DNA from: Acholeplasmataceae bacterium
GTDB lineage: Bacteria > Bacillota_I > Bacilli_A > Acholeplasmatales > Acholeplasmataceae
Assembly: GCA_963675245.1 (NCBI GenBank)
Contig: OY775910.1
Location: forward strand, 1,216,001 to 1,280,000
Reading direction: 5' to 3'
Length of the DNA stretch: 64,000 nt
The notes under the pieces were generated by a model that did not search any database, was not told where the DNA came from, and worked only from the letters and a program-made list of their open reading frames with translations. Shown here one piece after another: positions 11,423 to 22,211 of this stretch; positions within the stretch are counted from its first letter, which is position 1; every line of letters starts with the position of its first letter. A program made the position numbers and the translations under genes.

Positions 11423-11511
11423 TTTGAAGTTCAAAAAATAAATTGATAAGCATTGACAAAGTGTATAAAATAACTTATAATGTTACCGTTAAATTAAGGA
11501 GGAAACTAGAC

Positions 11512-11742
11512 ATGGTATTTGAGCGCATTAAAGCTATGATCAAAGAAGAACTAAATGTTCCAGAAGAAAAAATCACAATGGAAGCTAAGTTATCTGAAGA
11601 TCTTGGCGCAGACTCCATCGACGCTGTTGAATTAATTATGAACATTGAAGATGAATTCGAAGTCCAAGTGAGTGACGAGGAAGCGCAAAACATCAAGACT
11701 GTTGGTGACATCGTCAAGTTCGTAGAAAATTTAAAGAAATAA
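11512..11742 (+). CDS. acpP: Acyl carrier protein
   Basis: DLGADSID phosphopantetheine motif; AGGAGG RBS before ATG 11512. Confidence 0.93.
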   Translation: MVFERIKAMIKEELNVPEEKITMEAKLSEDLGADSIDAVELIMNIEDEFEVQVSDEEAQNIKTVGDIVKFVENLKK

Positions 11743-11771
11743 AAAAGAGAGTTTATAACCCTCTAAGAATT

Positions 11772-11797
11772 GAGTATCGCGATTGCGATACTTTTTT
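11772..11797. terminator. Terminator after acpP / galK
   Basis: AGTATCGC-GATT-GCGATACT followed by T-run. Confidence 0.65.
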
Positions 11798-11799
11798 CT

Positions 11800-12951
11800 T
11801 TAAATTTTATGCGTACCATCGCTCGGATTTACTGAATAAAAAGATGGTTCATAGCCGATTTTATGTTTGTAAGTCTCCTTGACAGTATCAATGATTTTAT
11901 TTAAGTCTGTTTTATGAATAATAGAGACAATGCAACCACCAAAACCAGCTCCAGTCATTCTCGCGCCAATCGCTCCAGCTTTTAATGTTTCTTCAACAAG
12001 AACATCCAATTCATGCCCTGACACGTCGTAATCATCTCTTAATGATTGATGAGATTCGGTTAAATAATGTGCGAACTTTTCAATATCATTTGCACCTAGT
12101 GCTTCAGTTGACTTAATTGTCCTTACTTGTTCAGCCACACAATGTTTTGTGCGTTTATATAATATTGGATTTAACAATGGTTTAGATGCTGCTAATTGCA
12201 CTGGCGTTAAACTGCAAAGATCTGGAATTTGATAAATTGGTTTTAAGATGGCTAACGCATCTTGACACTCTTGATAACGTTCATTATATTTAGAATCAGT
12301 TAAACCTCTTTTTTTATTTGAATTAATTACGAGTAATTGATAATCACCAAAAAAGAGGGGAATATAATCAAAATCGAGTGTAGCTGTATTGAGCATAATG
12401 CCATAATCTTTTTTACCCGCTAAAACAGCGAATTGATCCATAATACCTGAATTAACACCAATAAACTTATTTTCTACTGCTTTCCCTAATAATGCTAATT
12501 CTTTTGTCGTGAGACTCAATTCAAACATTTCATTCAACATGACTAAGAGTAAAGACTCCACCGATGCAGAAGAAGAAAGGCCAGCACCTTCAGGCATATT
12601 ACCTTCAATATATAAATCAAATCCAAAACGTATTTGATGTTGATATAAGCTTAAAACGTATAGTACACCTTTTATGTAATTGACCCAGGATGCACTAGCA
12701 TCTTTGTTGAGTTCATTCATATCAAATTGATAAGGTGTTTCTGAAAAGCCATGAGAATAGACACGAACCAACGTATCTTTTCTTTGACCAATGATGCCAT
12801 AAGTGCCAAAAGATAATGCACATGGAAACACATAACCACCATTATAATCAATATGTTCACCAATGAGATTAACACGAGCAGGTGAGAAATAGGTTAAACC
12901 ATCATGTCTGTCATAAAGTATTTCAAATTGCTTTTTTAATTTTGTTTTCAT
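11800..12951 (-). CDS. galK: Galactokinase
   Basis: RVNLIGEHIDY, GAGLSSSAS, GIMDQF, GARMTGAGFGG. Confidence 0.95.
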   Translation of the reverse strand: MKTKLKKQFEILYDRHDGLTYFSPARVNLIGEHIDYNGGYVFPCALSFGTYGIIGQRKDTLVRVYSHGFSETPYQFDMNELNKDASASWVNYIKGVLYVLSLYQHQIRFGFDLYIEGNMPEGAGLSSSASVESLLLVMLNEMFELSLTTKELALLGKAVENKFIGVNSGIMDQFAVLAGKKDYGIMLNTATLDFDYIPLFFGDYQLLVINSNKKRGLTDSKYNERYQECQDALAILKPIYQIPDLCSLTPVQLAASKPLLNPILYKRTKHCVAEQVRTIKSTEALGANDIEKFAHYLTESHQSLRDDYDVSGHELDVLVEETLKAGAIGARMTGAGFGGCIVSIIHKTDLNKIIDTVKETYKHKIGYEPSFYSVNPSDGTHKI

Positions 12952-14408
12952 GCTAAAACCCCTTTAATGAATTGATCAAATGCTTGAATACCTATTTGGT
13001 CCAATTTAAAGACACCGCAATCAATTAATACATGTTCAAAAACATGACCGATCGCTTGATGTAGTTCATCATCTAAATGATTTAAATCAAGTGTATCTTT
13101 GATGGTATCAATCCAGGCTTGATGAATACTTGCTTGCTGACTCAATGGTTTTTGAAATGTGATGTAGTCTTTCACTTCATTTAATTCTGATATCAACCTT
13201 TTTGGTAATATAGCTAATCCCATGGCTTCAATTAAGCCGATATTTTCTTTTTTAATGTGCCACTTATCAGCATGTGGATGGAAGATACCCAAAGGGTGTT
13301 CCTCTGATGTTTGATTATCTCTTAATACAAGATCAAGTTCATAATAACCATCACGTTTTCTAGCAATTGGTGTTATTGTATGATGTCTTTCTTGGTTCGT
13401 ATGAGATTTAATGTTTAATGAATCGTTGTCATACGACAGCCAATGTGTTAAGAACTTATGTGCTAAACTCACAAGTTTTAGTTGATCATTACTGCATAAT
13501 CTAATCGTTGATAATGGCCAATTAAGCATGTCAACTCGAATATCATCGTACACATAAGATTGAAGTGTAGCCGCATCTTCAATGGGAAAACGATGTTTAC
13601 CTCCTTGATAATGATCATGCGTTAAAATAGAACCACCAACGATCGGTAGATCGGCATTTGAACCGAAGAAGTAATCTTCAAATAGATCCGTTAGTGAGAT
13701 TAGATTCGTAAATGTCATTTGATCAATGTGCATCGGACGATGTTCATCTGACAAGACAATAGCATGCTCGTTATAGTAAATATAAGGTGAGTATTGGAAA
13801 TACCAAGGTTCACCATTGAGATTAAATTTAATCAAACGATGTTGATCTCTAGAATCCCTTAATGCATGTCCACTAAACCCTTCATTTTCTTTGCATAATA
13901 CACATTTAGGGTAATCGGTATTTTTTTCATTTAATGCATTCGCGATTGATTGAGGATCTTTTTCAGGTTTTGATAAATTAATCGTGATTTGTAATACACC
14001 AAAAGAGGAATGATAAGTATAAGATTTATTTTTCATGATACGATCCATACGGATATAATTGAGTGATCGGGCATACTCATATAACCAGATCATCCGCTTA
14101 TCTTTGGCTAATTGATTAAATTTGAAATCAATAACCGATGGTAAGGCAGTGAAAACATTCATCAATTTCGCATCAAAAAGATCACGTGCTATGATTGATC
14201 CATCAAGTTTACCTGTTCGTTCTAATTGATCGAGAATGACATTTAAAGCATCTGATGGAAAGTTAATTAATTGTGGCTCAATGACGTCATTTGTAGGCGT
14301 TAAACCAATAAGATGATAGAGTTGATTTTTAACATAAATATAATCTCTATTGCTAATAACACCATGATGTATTTCATATTGAATTAAGTTTTCAATAGCC
14401 TGTTTCAT
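12948..14408 (-). CDS. galT: Galactose-1-phosphate uridylyltransferase (class II)
   Basis: ITINLSKPEKDP, YPKCVLCKENEG, GGSILTHDHYQGG, HIKKENIGLIE. Confidence 0.93.
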   Translation of the reverse strand: MKQAIENLIQYEIHHGVISNRDYIYVKNQLYHLIGLTPTNDVIEPQLINFPSDALNVILDQLERTGKLDGSIIARDLFDAKLMNVFTALPSVIDFKFNQLAKDKRMIWLYEYARSLNYIRMDRIMKNKSYTYHSSFGVLQITINLSKPEKDPQSIANALNEKNTDYPKCVLCKENEGFSGHALRDSRDQHRLIKFNLNGEPWYFQYSPYIYYNEHAIVLSDEHRPMHIDQMTFTNLISLTDLFEDYFFGSNADLPIVGGSILTHDHYQGGKHRFPIEDAATLQSYVYDDIRVDMLNWPLSTIRLCSNDQLKLVSLAHKFLTHWLSYDNDSLNIKSHTNQERHHTITPIARKRDGYYELDLVLRDNQTSEEHPLGIFHPHADKWHIKKENIGLIEAMGLAILPKRLISELNEVKDYITFQKPLSQQASIHQAWIDTIKDTLDLNHLDDELHQAIGHVFEHVLIDCGVFKLDQIGIQAFDQFIKGVLA

Positions 14409-14569
14409 AACAATGCCTCTTTTACTTAGTTTAGGAAGTCAATTTCATTATATAGTGTTATTGTTAGTGATTTCAAGTGAGTTTCCTATATTAGGTATTT
14501 TAATACATGAATTGAATTGTATTATATACAATATTTCAGTATAATAGACCATATACGGAGGGCAGTATA

Positions 14570-16978
14570 ATGCATTACAACTATAAAAAAATTGAAACAA
14601 AATGGCAAGCCTATTGGTTAGAACATAAACTCTTTAAAACAAGCGACGATCGGTTCAAGGATAAATATTATGTCCTTGATATGTTTCCGTATCCTTCAGC
14701 AGCAGGTTTACATGTTGGACATATAGAAGGTTATACTGCAACAGATATCGTAAGCCGGTTTAAACGTATGCAAGGTTATAACGTGCTTCATCCTATGGGA
14801 TGGGACGCTTTTGGTCTTCCTGCTGAACAATATGCACTAGCTACTGGTAAAGACCCAAGAGAGTTTACATATCAAAATATTGACAATTTTAAACGTCAAA
14901 TTATAGCAGCTGGTAAAGGTATTGATTGGGATCGTGAATTTGCTACAGCTGATCCAATATACTTCAAATGGACACAATGGATTTTCAAGAAGATGTATGA
15001 AAAAGGTTTAGCAGTCTTAAAAGATGTTGAAGTCAATTGGTGTGAAGGATTAGGTACTGTACTTGCGAACGATGAAATCTTAGTCGAAAATGGCATGATG
15101 GTTTCTGAAAGAGGACATTATCCTGTTGTTAAAAAAGCGATGCGTCAATGGGTATTACGTATCACAGCTTATGCGGATCGTTTGTTAGACAGTTTAGATC
15201 GACTTGATTGGCCAGAAAATCTTAAAGAAATGCAACGCAATTGGATTGGAAAATCAACTGGGGCGATGATGACCTTTAAAGTCGATCAATCAAATGCATC
15301 TTTTGATGTCTTCACAACCAGACCTGATACGATTTATGGAGCAACTTATTGTGTACTTGCACCTGAACACCCACTGGTTCTTCATATTACATCTGATGAT
15401 GAACTAGCAAGTGTCAAAGATTATATTTATAAAACAAAACAAAAAACAGATATGGATCGTCAAACTGATAAAACGAAGACAGGTGTTTTTACCGGTTCTT
15501 ACGCGATAAATCCATTAAATCACAAAAAAGTACCAATCTGGATTGCAGATTATGTCTTACCGCATTATGGTACAGGTGCCGTGATGGCTGTTCCTGCACA
15601 TGATGATCGTGACTTTGAATTTGCTCAAACCTTTGGATTTGATATGATCGAAGTGGTTAAAGGTGATGCTGATGGTGCATATACGGGTGATGGTATTCAT
15701 TATAATTCAGGTATTATAGATGGTTTGAATAACGAGGATGCGAAAGATAAAATTATTCGTTTCCTAGAAGATACAAAACAAGGATATAAGCATGCAAACT
15801 ATCGCTTGCGTGATTGGGTATTCTCACGTCAACGTTATTGGGGAGAACCATTCCCTGTCGTTTTTGATGAACAAAATAACATTATGATACTTGATGATGA
15901 AGATCTACCATTAGAATTGCCGATACTTAAAAATATTAGACCAAGTGGAACAGGAGAATCACCACTTGCTAACGCACATGATTGGCTACACGTGAACTAT
16001 CACGGTAAAGATGTAAGACGTGAAACGAATACGATGCCACAGCTAGCTGGAAGCTCATGGTATTTCATTGGATATATATTAAAAAATCATTTATCCATCG
16101 TACCATTAGACAGTGATGAAGCAAAAACATTATTAGATAAATGGTTGCCAGTTGATTTATATATTGGTGGTACAGAACACGCAGTAGGTCATCTTCTTTA
16201 TGCAAGATTTTGGACAAAGTTCCTTCACGATATTGGTCTAACGTCTCATGAAGAACCATTTGCAAGACTATATAATCAAGGGATGATTTTAGGTGATGAT
16301 CATTCTAAAATGAGTAAGTCAAAAGGTAATGTCGTCAATCCTGATGATGTCATTGAATCTCATGGTGCTGATACCCTAAGATTATACGAAATGTTTATGG
16401 GACCTCTGGATGCTGATAAGCCATGGAACACAGATAGCTTAAATGGCGCTAAAAAATTCTTAGACCGTGTGTGGCGGATGTTTGAATTTCCGATTGAAAA
16501 AGACAATGTCAAAGAGTTAGCATTTAGTTACCATCAAACGATTAAAAAAGTAACGGAAGATTATGATAAACTCGCATTTAATACAGCGATTAGTCAAATG
16601 ATGATATTTGTGAATGATGTTTATAAAGTGGGACGGATAGGCCTTAAACAAGCACGAGGTTTATTAAAACTCCTAAATCCAATTTGTCCACACATCACAG
16701 AAGAATTAAACGATGTTTTCTTAAAACATAATGAACAACTCATCTATTCAGAATGGCCAACCTATGATGAAGAAAAACTTGTAGTTGATGAAGTTGAAAT
16801 TGTCGTGACTGTGAATGGTAAACTACGTGGTAAATTCCAAGCAGCAGCCGACGCACCTGAAGCAGACATTAAAGAAATCGCATTTGCACTTGATAATGTT
16901 TCTAAACATATTGAGGGTAAAACCATTCGAAAAGTGATTGTTATCCCTAATAAACTGGTTAACATTGTTGCTAACTAA
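14570..16978 (+). CDS. leuS: Leucine--tRNA ligase
   Basis: MFPYPS, HVGH and KMSKS motifs, SRQRYWG. Confidence 0.97.
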   Translation: MHYNYKKIETKWQAYWLEHKLFKTSDDRFKDKYYVLDMFPYPSAAGLHVGHIEGYTATDIVSRFKRMQGYNVLHPMGWDAFGLPAEQYALATGKDPREFTYQNIDNFKRQIIAAGKGIDWDREFATADPIYFKWTQWIFKKMYEKGLAVLKDVEVNWCEGLGTVLANDEILVENGMMVSERGHYPVVKKAMRQWVLRITAYADRLLDSLDRLDWPENLKEMQRNWIGKSTGAMMTFKVDQSNASFDVFTTRPDTIYGATYCVLAPEHPLVLHITSDDELASVKDYIYKTKQKTDMDRQTDKTKTGVFTGSYAINPLNHKKVPIWIADYVLPHYGTGAVMAVPAHDDRDFEFAQTFGFDMIEVVKGDADGAYTGDGIHYNSGIIDGLNNEDAKDKIIRFLEDTKQGYKHANYRLRDWVFSRQRYWGEPFPVVFDEQNNIMILDDEDLPLELPILKNIRPSGTGESPLANAHDWLHVNYHGKDVRRETNTMPQLAGSSWYFIGYILKNHLSIVPLDSDEAKTLLDKWLPVDLYIGGTEHAVGHLLYARFWTKFLHDIGLTSHEEPFARLYNQGMILGDDHSKMSKSKGNVVNPDDVIESHGADTLRLYEMFMGPLDADKPWNTDSLNGAKKFLDRVWRMFEFPIEKDNVKELAFSYHQTIKKVTEDYDKLAFNTAISQMMIFVNDVYKVGRIGLKQARGLLKLLNPICPHITEELNDVFLKHNEQLIYSEWPTYDEEKLVVDEVEIVVTVNGKLRGKFQAAADAPEADIKEIAFALDNVSKHIEGKTIRKVIVIPNKLVNIVAN

Positions 16979-16982
16979 AAAC

Positions 16983-17021
16983 AAAAGGGTTATACTCATA
17001 ATTAAGAGTGTAATCCTTTTT
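16983..17021 (+). terminator. leuS terminator
   Basis: AAAAGGGTTATACTC...GAGTGTAATCCTTTTT hairpin. Confidence 0.7.
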
Positions 17022-17080
17022 ATTATCAAATAAATGACGCATTTAGATACCTAGCATATGAACACTTTTAACAAAAAAGT

Positions 17081-17116
17081 ACCAATAAAAACCTACCTTT
17101 GATTGTATGGTAAGTG
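17081..17116 (+). promoter_or_regulatory. Putative ECF-sigma-dependent promoter, copy 1 (autoregulatory)
   Basis: ACCAATAAAA-N12-TTGTAT-GG-TAAGTG; repeated with identical spacing at 18706. Confidence 0.6.
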
Positions 17117-17128
17117 TAAGGGATTATT

Positions 17129-17641
17129 ATGGACATGCAAAATCGTTTTATTATCGAATTTAAAAATCGTGACTACACGCATTTTGATGCTTTTTATGAC
17201 ATGACGAATCGGAAAGTCTTCTTTACGATTGTCGGTATTGTAAAAGATCAAATGATTGCAGAAGATTTAATGCAAGATACGTATATGCAGTTTCTAAAAA
17301 AAATCGATGACATTAACCCTAAACAAAATCCAATCGCTTATCTCGTAACTATCGGGAGAAATAATGCTCTCAATCATTATACGAAATTCAAAAGAGAAGT
17401 TAAGGGTGATGAGATATTTGAAACAATTGCTTCAGATGAGGTGATTAAGGATGATGTTGACATTTATCAATTACTTTCCTTACTAGATCGGGATGAACGA
17501 GAAATCGTTGTCCTTCATACCATCAACGGATTCAAATTTAGAGAAGTAGCAGATGTGATGGAAAAGCCACTCGGTACCATCTTATGGCTTCATAAAAAAG
17601 CGATGGATAAACTTAAAAACAAGTTAGGTGATTCACTATGA
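17129..17641 (+). CDS. ECF-type RNA polymerase sigma factor
   Basis: 170 aa; region 2 AEDLMQDTY...IGRN and region 4 EREIVVL...FREVADVMEKPLGT. Confidence 0.88.
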   Translation: MDMQNRFIIEFKNRDYTHFDAFYDMTNRKVFFTIVGIVKDQMIAEDLMQDTYMQFLKKIDDINPKQNPIAYLVTIGRNNALNHYTKFKREVKGDEIFETIASDEVIKDDVDIYQLLSLLDRDEREIVVLHTINGFKFREVADVMEKPLGTILWLHKKAMDKLKNKLGDSL

Positions 17642-18690
17642 GAAATCGACAAATTAAAAAAATATTAATAGATAAAGCAAGCACTGTCGACATCCCTAAC
17701 GTTGTCGATCAAATTAAAGCACGCTTTAATGAAATTCCACCTAAACCGGTCATGACACAAACATATCGTAGACCACTCGTATTGGTTAGTGCATTGACAT
17801 TATCAATGCTTGTTCTCTTTGCAGTTGCATTTGGATTGGTTTATGGATTTAGAGATGTTGATCCATTAGCTTCTAGTGATGAGTCACTTCATGATGCTGT
17901 GATGTTATCATCTATTTCTACATTATCGTTAATCGATGATATAGATGCTTCAACCATCGAAACATTATCAGCAACTTTATTATCTAATCGACCAAACCAT
18001 GATGAAGAAGATGAAGATACGACTGTTTCTACAAGTGTTGAAGGACTTAAGAAATATTTATTCATGATGGAAACAGTTTTAAAATCACAAAATAATTATG
18101 AATATCAACGAAAAGTGATCAGTCGTGCTCAAAGAAGATATCAATTACAATTCCAGACAAGTTCACTCATTGATAATGAATCAAACTATGCATTAGTATA
18201 TGAAGTTAAAAATGATTCTAATGAAGCAGTTGAAATGACGCTGACGATGTATGGTTATAGTGAAACATACCATTCATATATTACATATCAAAAACGAACC
18301 GGTGTGATTAATATGACGACAGCCATCAATGATGATCAATCTGTCAGAGTGAGTTATAGCGAAGATACTAGTGGTAAGCATTATCAAATCACGACATTTG
18401 AAAACTTGATGATCACAGAACAAGTTCAAATGAATTTCACATCTCATGCACAGGTTGATATGTCTTTCATGAAAGGCAATGTCTTTGGCACTTATTCATT
18501 TAGTCTAACTGTCGATGAAAAAGGATATAAACGTGTCATCCTTGTTGATTACGATATTCAAAATCAATTTCAAGGACAAATCGAAGTGTTCGTTACAGGT
18601 ACAAATAATGATGCGTACACGATGATTGTAAAGCCGAATGGTAAACCATCATTTGTAATTACTGGAGAACGACACAGAGGAAGAAATTAA
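17638..18690 (+). CDS. Putative single-pass membrane anti-sigma factor
   Basis: Overlaps the sigma stop (ATGA); ~45 aa soluble N-terminus, one hydrophobic helix, large extracellular domain. Confidence 0.6.
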   Translation: MRNRQIKKILIDKASTVDIPNVVDQIKARFNEIPPKPVMTQTYRRPLVLVSALTLSMLVLFAVAFGLVYGFRDVDPLASSDESLHDAVMLSSISTLSLIDDIDASTIETLSATLLSNRPNHDEEDEDTTVSTSVEGLKKYLFMMETVLKSQNNYEYQRKVISRAQRRYQLQFQTSSLIDNESNYALVYEVKNDSNEAVEMTLTMYGYSETYHSYITYQKRTGVINMTTAINDDQSVRVSYSEDTSGKHYQITTFENLMITEQVQMNFTSHAQVDMSFMKGNVFGTYSFSLTVDEKGYKRVILVDYDIQNQFQGQIEVFVTGTNNDAYTMIVKPNGKPSFVITGERHRGRN

Positions 18691-18705
18691 AAAAAACTGA
18701 AAATC

Positions 18706-18741
18706 ACCAATAAAATACCTCCGCCACTTGTATAGTAAGTG
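18706..18741 (+). promoter_or_regulatory. Putative ECF-sigma-dependent promoter, copy 2
   Basis: ACCAATAAAA-N12-TTGTAT-AG-TAAGTG upstream of the lipoprotein gene. Confidence 0.6.
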
Positions 18742-18757
18742 AGACGGAGGTATTATT

Positions 18758-19801
18758 ATGAAAAAAATTAAATTCCTAGTAACGATTATTGGTTTATTTG
18801 CAATCGTGTTAACTGTTGTTGCATGTCAAACAACAGCAAGCGCAGAAGAAGCTTATGTGACAATCGACATCAACCCAAGTGTTGAATTGATTGTCAATGG
18901 GCGTGAAGAAGTTGTTTATGTGAATGCACTCAATGAAGATGCAGAAGTTTTGTTGGCTGACTTAGATTTAGTTGGCATGCCAGTGGATGAAGCAACTGAT
19001 CTTATTATCGAAACAGCTATTGCACTAGGTTATATTGATATTGAAGCAACAGATACAGTTGTTCAAGTGTCGACATTATCAGATTCAGCACTTGGTGAAC
19101 AAATTAGAGAACGCGTAAAGGAATCAATTAATAATGCATTCCAAAATCGTGGTATCTATGGCCGTGCTGCAAATAAGGGTTACACTGAAGAATTCTTAGC
19201 TGAAGCTGAAAGTTATGGTGTTACACCTGCATTCTTAGCCTTTGCTAAAGCAGTTGTAGAAGTACAAGATGAAGTCACTCTAGAAGATGCACTGTTAATG
19301 ACACAAGAAGAATTAAGAGACATCTTAAAAGACGCTAGAGAAGCTAATTTAGATGTGCTTCATGAATTAAGAGATGATTTCCAAGCTGATAGACAAGCGA
19401 TTCATGATGAATATGATCCACAAATCGAAGCAGTATTGGCACAAATCACAGCACTTGAAACAAATATTGCATCTGTAGAAGATCAAATTGCTGCAGAACC
19501 ATCAGCAGAACTTGAAGCAGAATTAGCAACACTACAAGGTAATCTAGAATCATTACAAGCTGATTTACAGACATTATTAGATGATATGCATGCAGAACTT
19601 GAAGCATTAAGAGAAGCATTCCATACACAAAGTGAAGAATTAATGCCAAATATTATGGCACGTGTTGTACAACGTAGATCACAATATAGAAATACAGTTC
19701 AAAATTGGCTACGTAATCATGGCAATGGTAACATGAAAGATGCTATTGCAGCTTATCAACAACAACACCAAGATGATGATGAGGAAGATACGACAGAATA
19801 G
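18758..19801 (+). CDS. Lipoprotein with RsgI-like (SEAL-type) domain and coiled-coil C-terminus
   Basis: Signal peptide with lipobox VVAC(23); AYVTIDINPSVEL..N...V..VNALNEDA resembles the RsgI extracytoplasmic domain; E/L/A-rich heptads in C-half. Confidence 0.7.
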   Translation: MKKIKFLVTIIGLFAIVLTVVACQTTASAEEAYVTIDINPSVELIVNGREEVVYVNALNEDAEVLLADLDLVGMPVDEATDLIIETAIALGYIDIEATDTVVQVSTLSDSALGEQIRERVKESINNAFQNRGIYGRAANKGYTEEFLAEAESYGVTPAFLAFAKAVVEVQDEVTLEDALLMTQEELRDILKDAREANLDVLHELRDDFQADRQAIHDEYDPQIEAVLAQITALETNIASVEDQIAAEPSAELEAELATLQGNLESLQADLQTLLDDMHAELEALREAFHTQSEELMPNIMARVVQRRSQYRNTVQNWLRNHGNGNMKDAIAAYQQQHQDDDEEDTTE

Positions 19802-19840
19802 TCGATCTTATAACCCATAAACCCCTTATGGGAATATTAA

Positions 19841-19879
19841 AAAAGAGGTCACTCTTAACTGAGTGGCCTCGCTTTTTTT
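19841..19879. terminator. Bidirectional terminator
   Basis: GAGGTCACTC-TTAACT-GAGTGGCCTC with A-run and T-run flanks between convergent genes. Confidence 0.7.
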
Positions 19880-20423
19880 ATATCTTTTGAATAAATAAAA
19901 GATAGGGTGGTCTATGATCTTGATAAGGTAGGTCTGATCTTATAATTGAAAATGATGCTGAATCAACAGATTTTAAATAATCATCAATGGCCAATGATTC
20001 TTCATAACCTTCTTGATGACCTGGATAAACCACTATTAAAATAAAATGAGTTGGTCTAAGTACAGATAACAACATATCTAACGTCTTGAGTGTTGTTTCT
20101 TTTTTGGTTGTAATACTATGATCCCCATTTGGCAAATAACCCAAATTAAAGACAACACCTTTAAAGTCACTAACTAAACCAACAATATGCTCATGGGTTT
20201 CATGGAAAAGTGTCACATTAGATAGCTGATGAGCTTCTAATAATTTCATCGTGTTGTCTAATGCTTGTTTTTGAATATCAAAAGCAAAGACATGTTTAGC
20301 TAATTTAGCTAAAAAGACTGTATCATGTCCATTACCCATGGTCGCATCCACTACAATATCCTCTTTAGAAATATGCGCATTTAAAATGATATGTGCCAAA
20401 TGAATGATGTCATTTTTTTTCAT
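19878..20423 (-). CDS. mnmM: Class I SAM methyltransferase, YtqB/MnmM-like
   Basis: VDATMGNGHDT, FDIQ, FNLGYLP, YPGH..G.EE; paired with YtqA-like radical SAM. Confidence 0.75.
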   Translation of the reverse strand: MKKNDIIHLAHIILNAHISKEDIVVDATMGNGHDTVFLAKLAKHVFAFDIQKQALDNTMKLLEAHQLSNVTLFHETHEHIVGLVSDFKGVVFNLGYLPNGDHSITTKKETTLKTLDMLLSVLRPTHFILIVVYPGHQEGYEESLAIDDYLKSVDSASFSIIRSDLPYQDHRPPYLLFIQKI

Positions 20424-21345
20424 AATAATCTCCTTGATAACGATTTAACGCACGCATCCTTTTATCAATTTCATTTGTGACCACAAATTTCTTTTTGGTC
20501 CAAGTTGGTGCAATCAACATCTGACTTGGAGCATCTCCGGTTAAACGATGAATAATAATATCTGGTCTTAACCAAGATAATTGTTCAACCGTGATATCGA
20601 CATAGTCTTCTAAAGAAAGAAGATGCCACGGATTTTTTAAATAGTCATGACCCATTTTCGTTTTTTCCATTAAGTGAAGCATATGTATTTTAATCCCTTG
20701 TATATCAAGGGTATTTAAATGTTTGACGGTTTCAATCATCATGTCTTTTGTTTCATATGGTAATCCATTGATGATATGTACAACAACTTCAATGTGTCGT
20801 TTTCTAAGGGCATTAACGGCTTCATCAAAACAAGTTAAATCATGGGCACGATTAATCAAATCAGACGTTTTTTGATGGATTGTTTGTAACCCTAATTCAA
20901 CTTGAACAGGCATTCTTTGATTTAACGTTTCTAAATAATCTAATACGTCTAAAGGGAGCGAATCTGGTCTGGTACCAATCGATAACATAACGATATTCGG
21001 ATCAAGCGTTATCGCTTCTTCAAACAATTCTTTCAATCTTTTTAAAGGGGCATGGGTATTCGTATTCGCTTGGAAGTATGCGATGAAAAGTCCATCTTGC
21101 CATTTTTGTTGCATCATTGATTTCTGTCGTTCGAACTGATCTTTAAGCGAATCATGTTTGTCACCAGCAAAGTCACCTGAACCCATAAACGAGCAAAAAG
21201 TACATCCGCCACGTGCGACTGTTCCATCGATATTTGGGCACGTAAAACCACCATTTAAAGCGATCTTATAGACCTTTTTATGATAGTTGTGATAGTAATA
21301 ATTTGAGAGTGTATTATAATGTTTTTCAGCTGTCATTAAATTCAT
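20410..21345 (-). CDS. ytqA: Radical SAM protein, TIGR01212/YtqA (YhcC) family
   Basis: GFTCPNIDG...GGCTFC, YFQANTNT, GTRPD, ELGLQT, IHRLTGD. Confidence 0.85.
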   Translation of the reverse strand: MNLMTAEKHYNTLSNYYYHNYHKKVYKIALNGGFTCPNIDGTVARGGCTFCSFMGSGDFAGDKHDSLKDQFERQKSMMQQKWQDGLFIAYFQANTNTHAPLKRLKELFEEAITLDPNIVMLSIGTRPDSLPLDVLDYLETLNQRMPVQVELGLQTIHQKTSDLINRAHDLTCFDEAVNALRKRHIEVVVHIINGLPYETKDMMIETVKHLNTLDIQGIKIHMLHLMEKTKMGHDYLKNPWHLLSLEDYVDITVEQLSWLRPDIIIHRLTGDAPSQMLIAPTWTKKKFVVTNEIDKRMRALNRYQGDYYEKK

Positions 21346-21416
21346 ATTTTCACCATAATCATTTTATCATACCCTCACTTTATTATGTTATAATAAAACG
21401 AGAAGGAGATTACACA

Positions 21417-22211
21417 ATGTTCAAACGATTAATAATTAGCCTGACGAAACCCCCTCAACTCGTTTTATTCATGAAAGATTCATATAAAAGGATTATCTTA
21501 TATCTTATCTTATTACCACTAATATTAGTGATTCCTAGTGCGATTAGATTCGCAATCAATCCTGATATGAGTGTTGCTCAATACAACGCATTATCCGAAG
21601 TCCTTGAAGCAGATTTTAATCTACAAGGATCAACAATTGATGATGGCGTTTTTTCAACAACATTATCACAAACTGCTCAGTTTGATTACTTTCAAATTAC
21701 AACGACGACTACGGCATTAAATGCGTATTCAATGACATTTTATTTCGATACTGATAAAGTCATTCTTTACCTCGGAACTACAAGCTATAGAGATTTAAGT
21801 TATGTGAGTTTAGGTATTGAAAACTACACATTTGATTTCACTGATTCAAATAATGTGACGTTACTTGCTAATGCGATACGTACACTTTATAACACACAAC
21901 AACTCACCAATTATATTCAATTAATGAGTGTGTACTTTATTGGCTTAGTTGACTTCCTAATCGTTGTCTTGATGTTGGCTGTTATTGATTATTTTATTAT
22001 TCCGAATCAGCCATTTCCATTTAAATTAAGATTTAAACTTTCGGTCTATGGATCGACAATTTATATCTTTGCTGAATTGATTTTTATTCTAACGAATATA
22101 TCTCAATTAAACTTTATCAGTATTATTATTGCGTATGCTTATCATATTTGGATTTATCGCTCTATAAAAATAATACCGAAAGGAGTAAACCTCAATGGCG
22201 ACATCAAATAA
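21417..22211 (+). CDS. Membrane protein, DUF1189-like
   Basis: N-terminal TM, soluble loop, three C-terminal TMs; AGGAG RBS before ATG 21417. Confidence 0.55.
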   Translation: MFKRLIISLTKPPQLVLFMKDSYKRIILYLILLPLILVIPSAIRFAINPDMSVAQYNALSEVLEADFNLQGSTIDDGVFSTTLSQTAQFDYFQITTTTTALNAYSMTFYFDTDKVILYLGTTSYRDLSYVSLGIENYTFDFTDSNNVTLLANAIRTLYNTQQLTNYIQLMSVYFIGLVDFLIVVLMLAVIDYFIIPNQPFPFKLRFKLSVYGSTIYIFAELIFILTNISQLNFISIIIAYAYHIWIYRSIKIIPKGVNLNGDIK

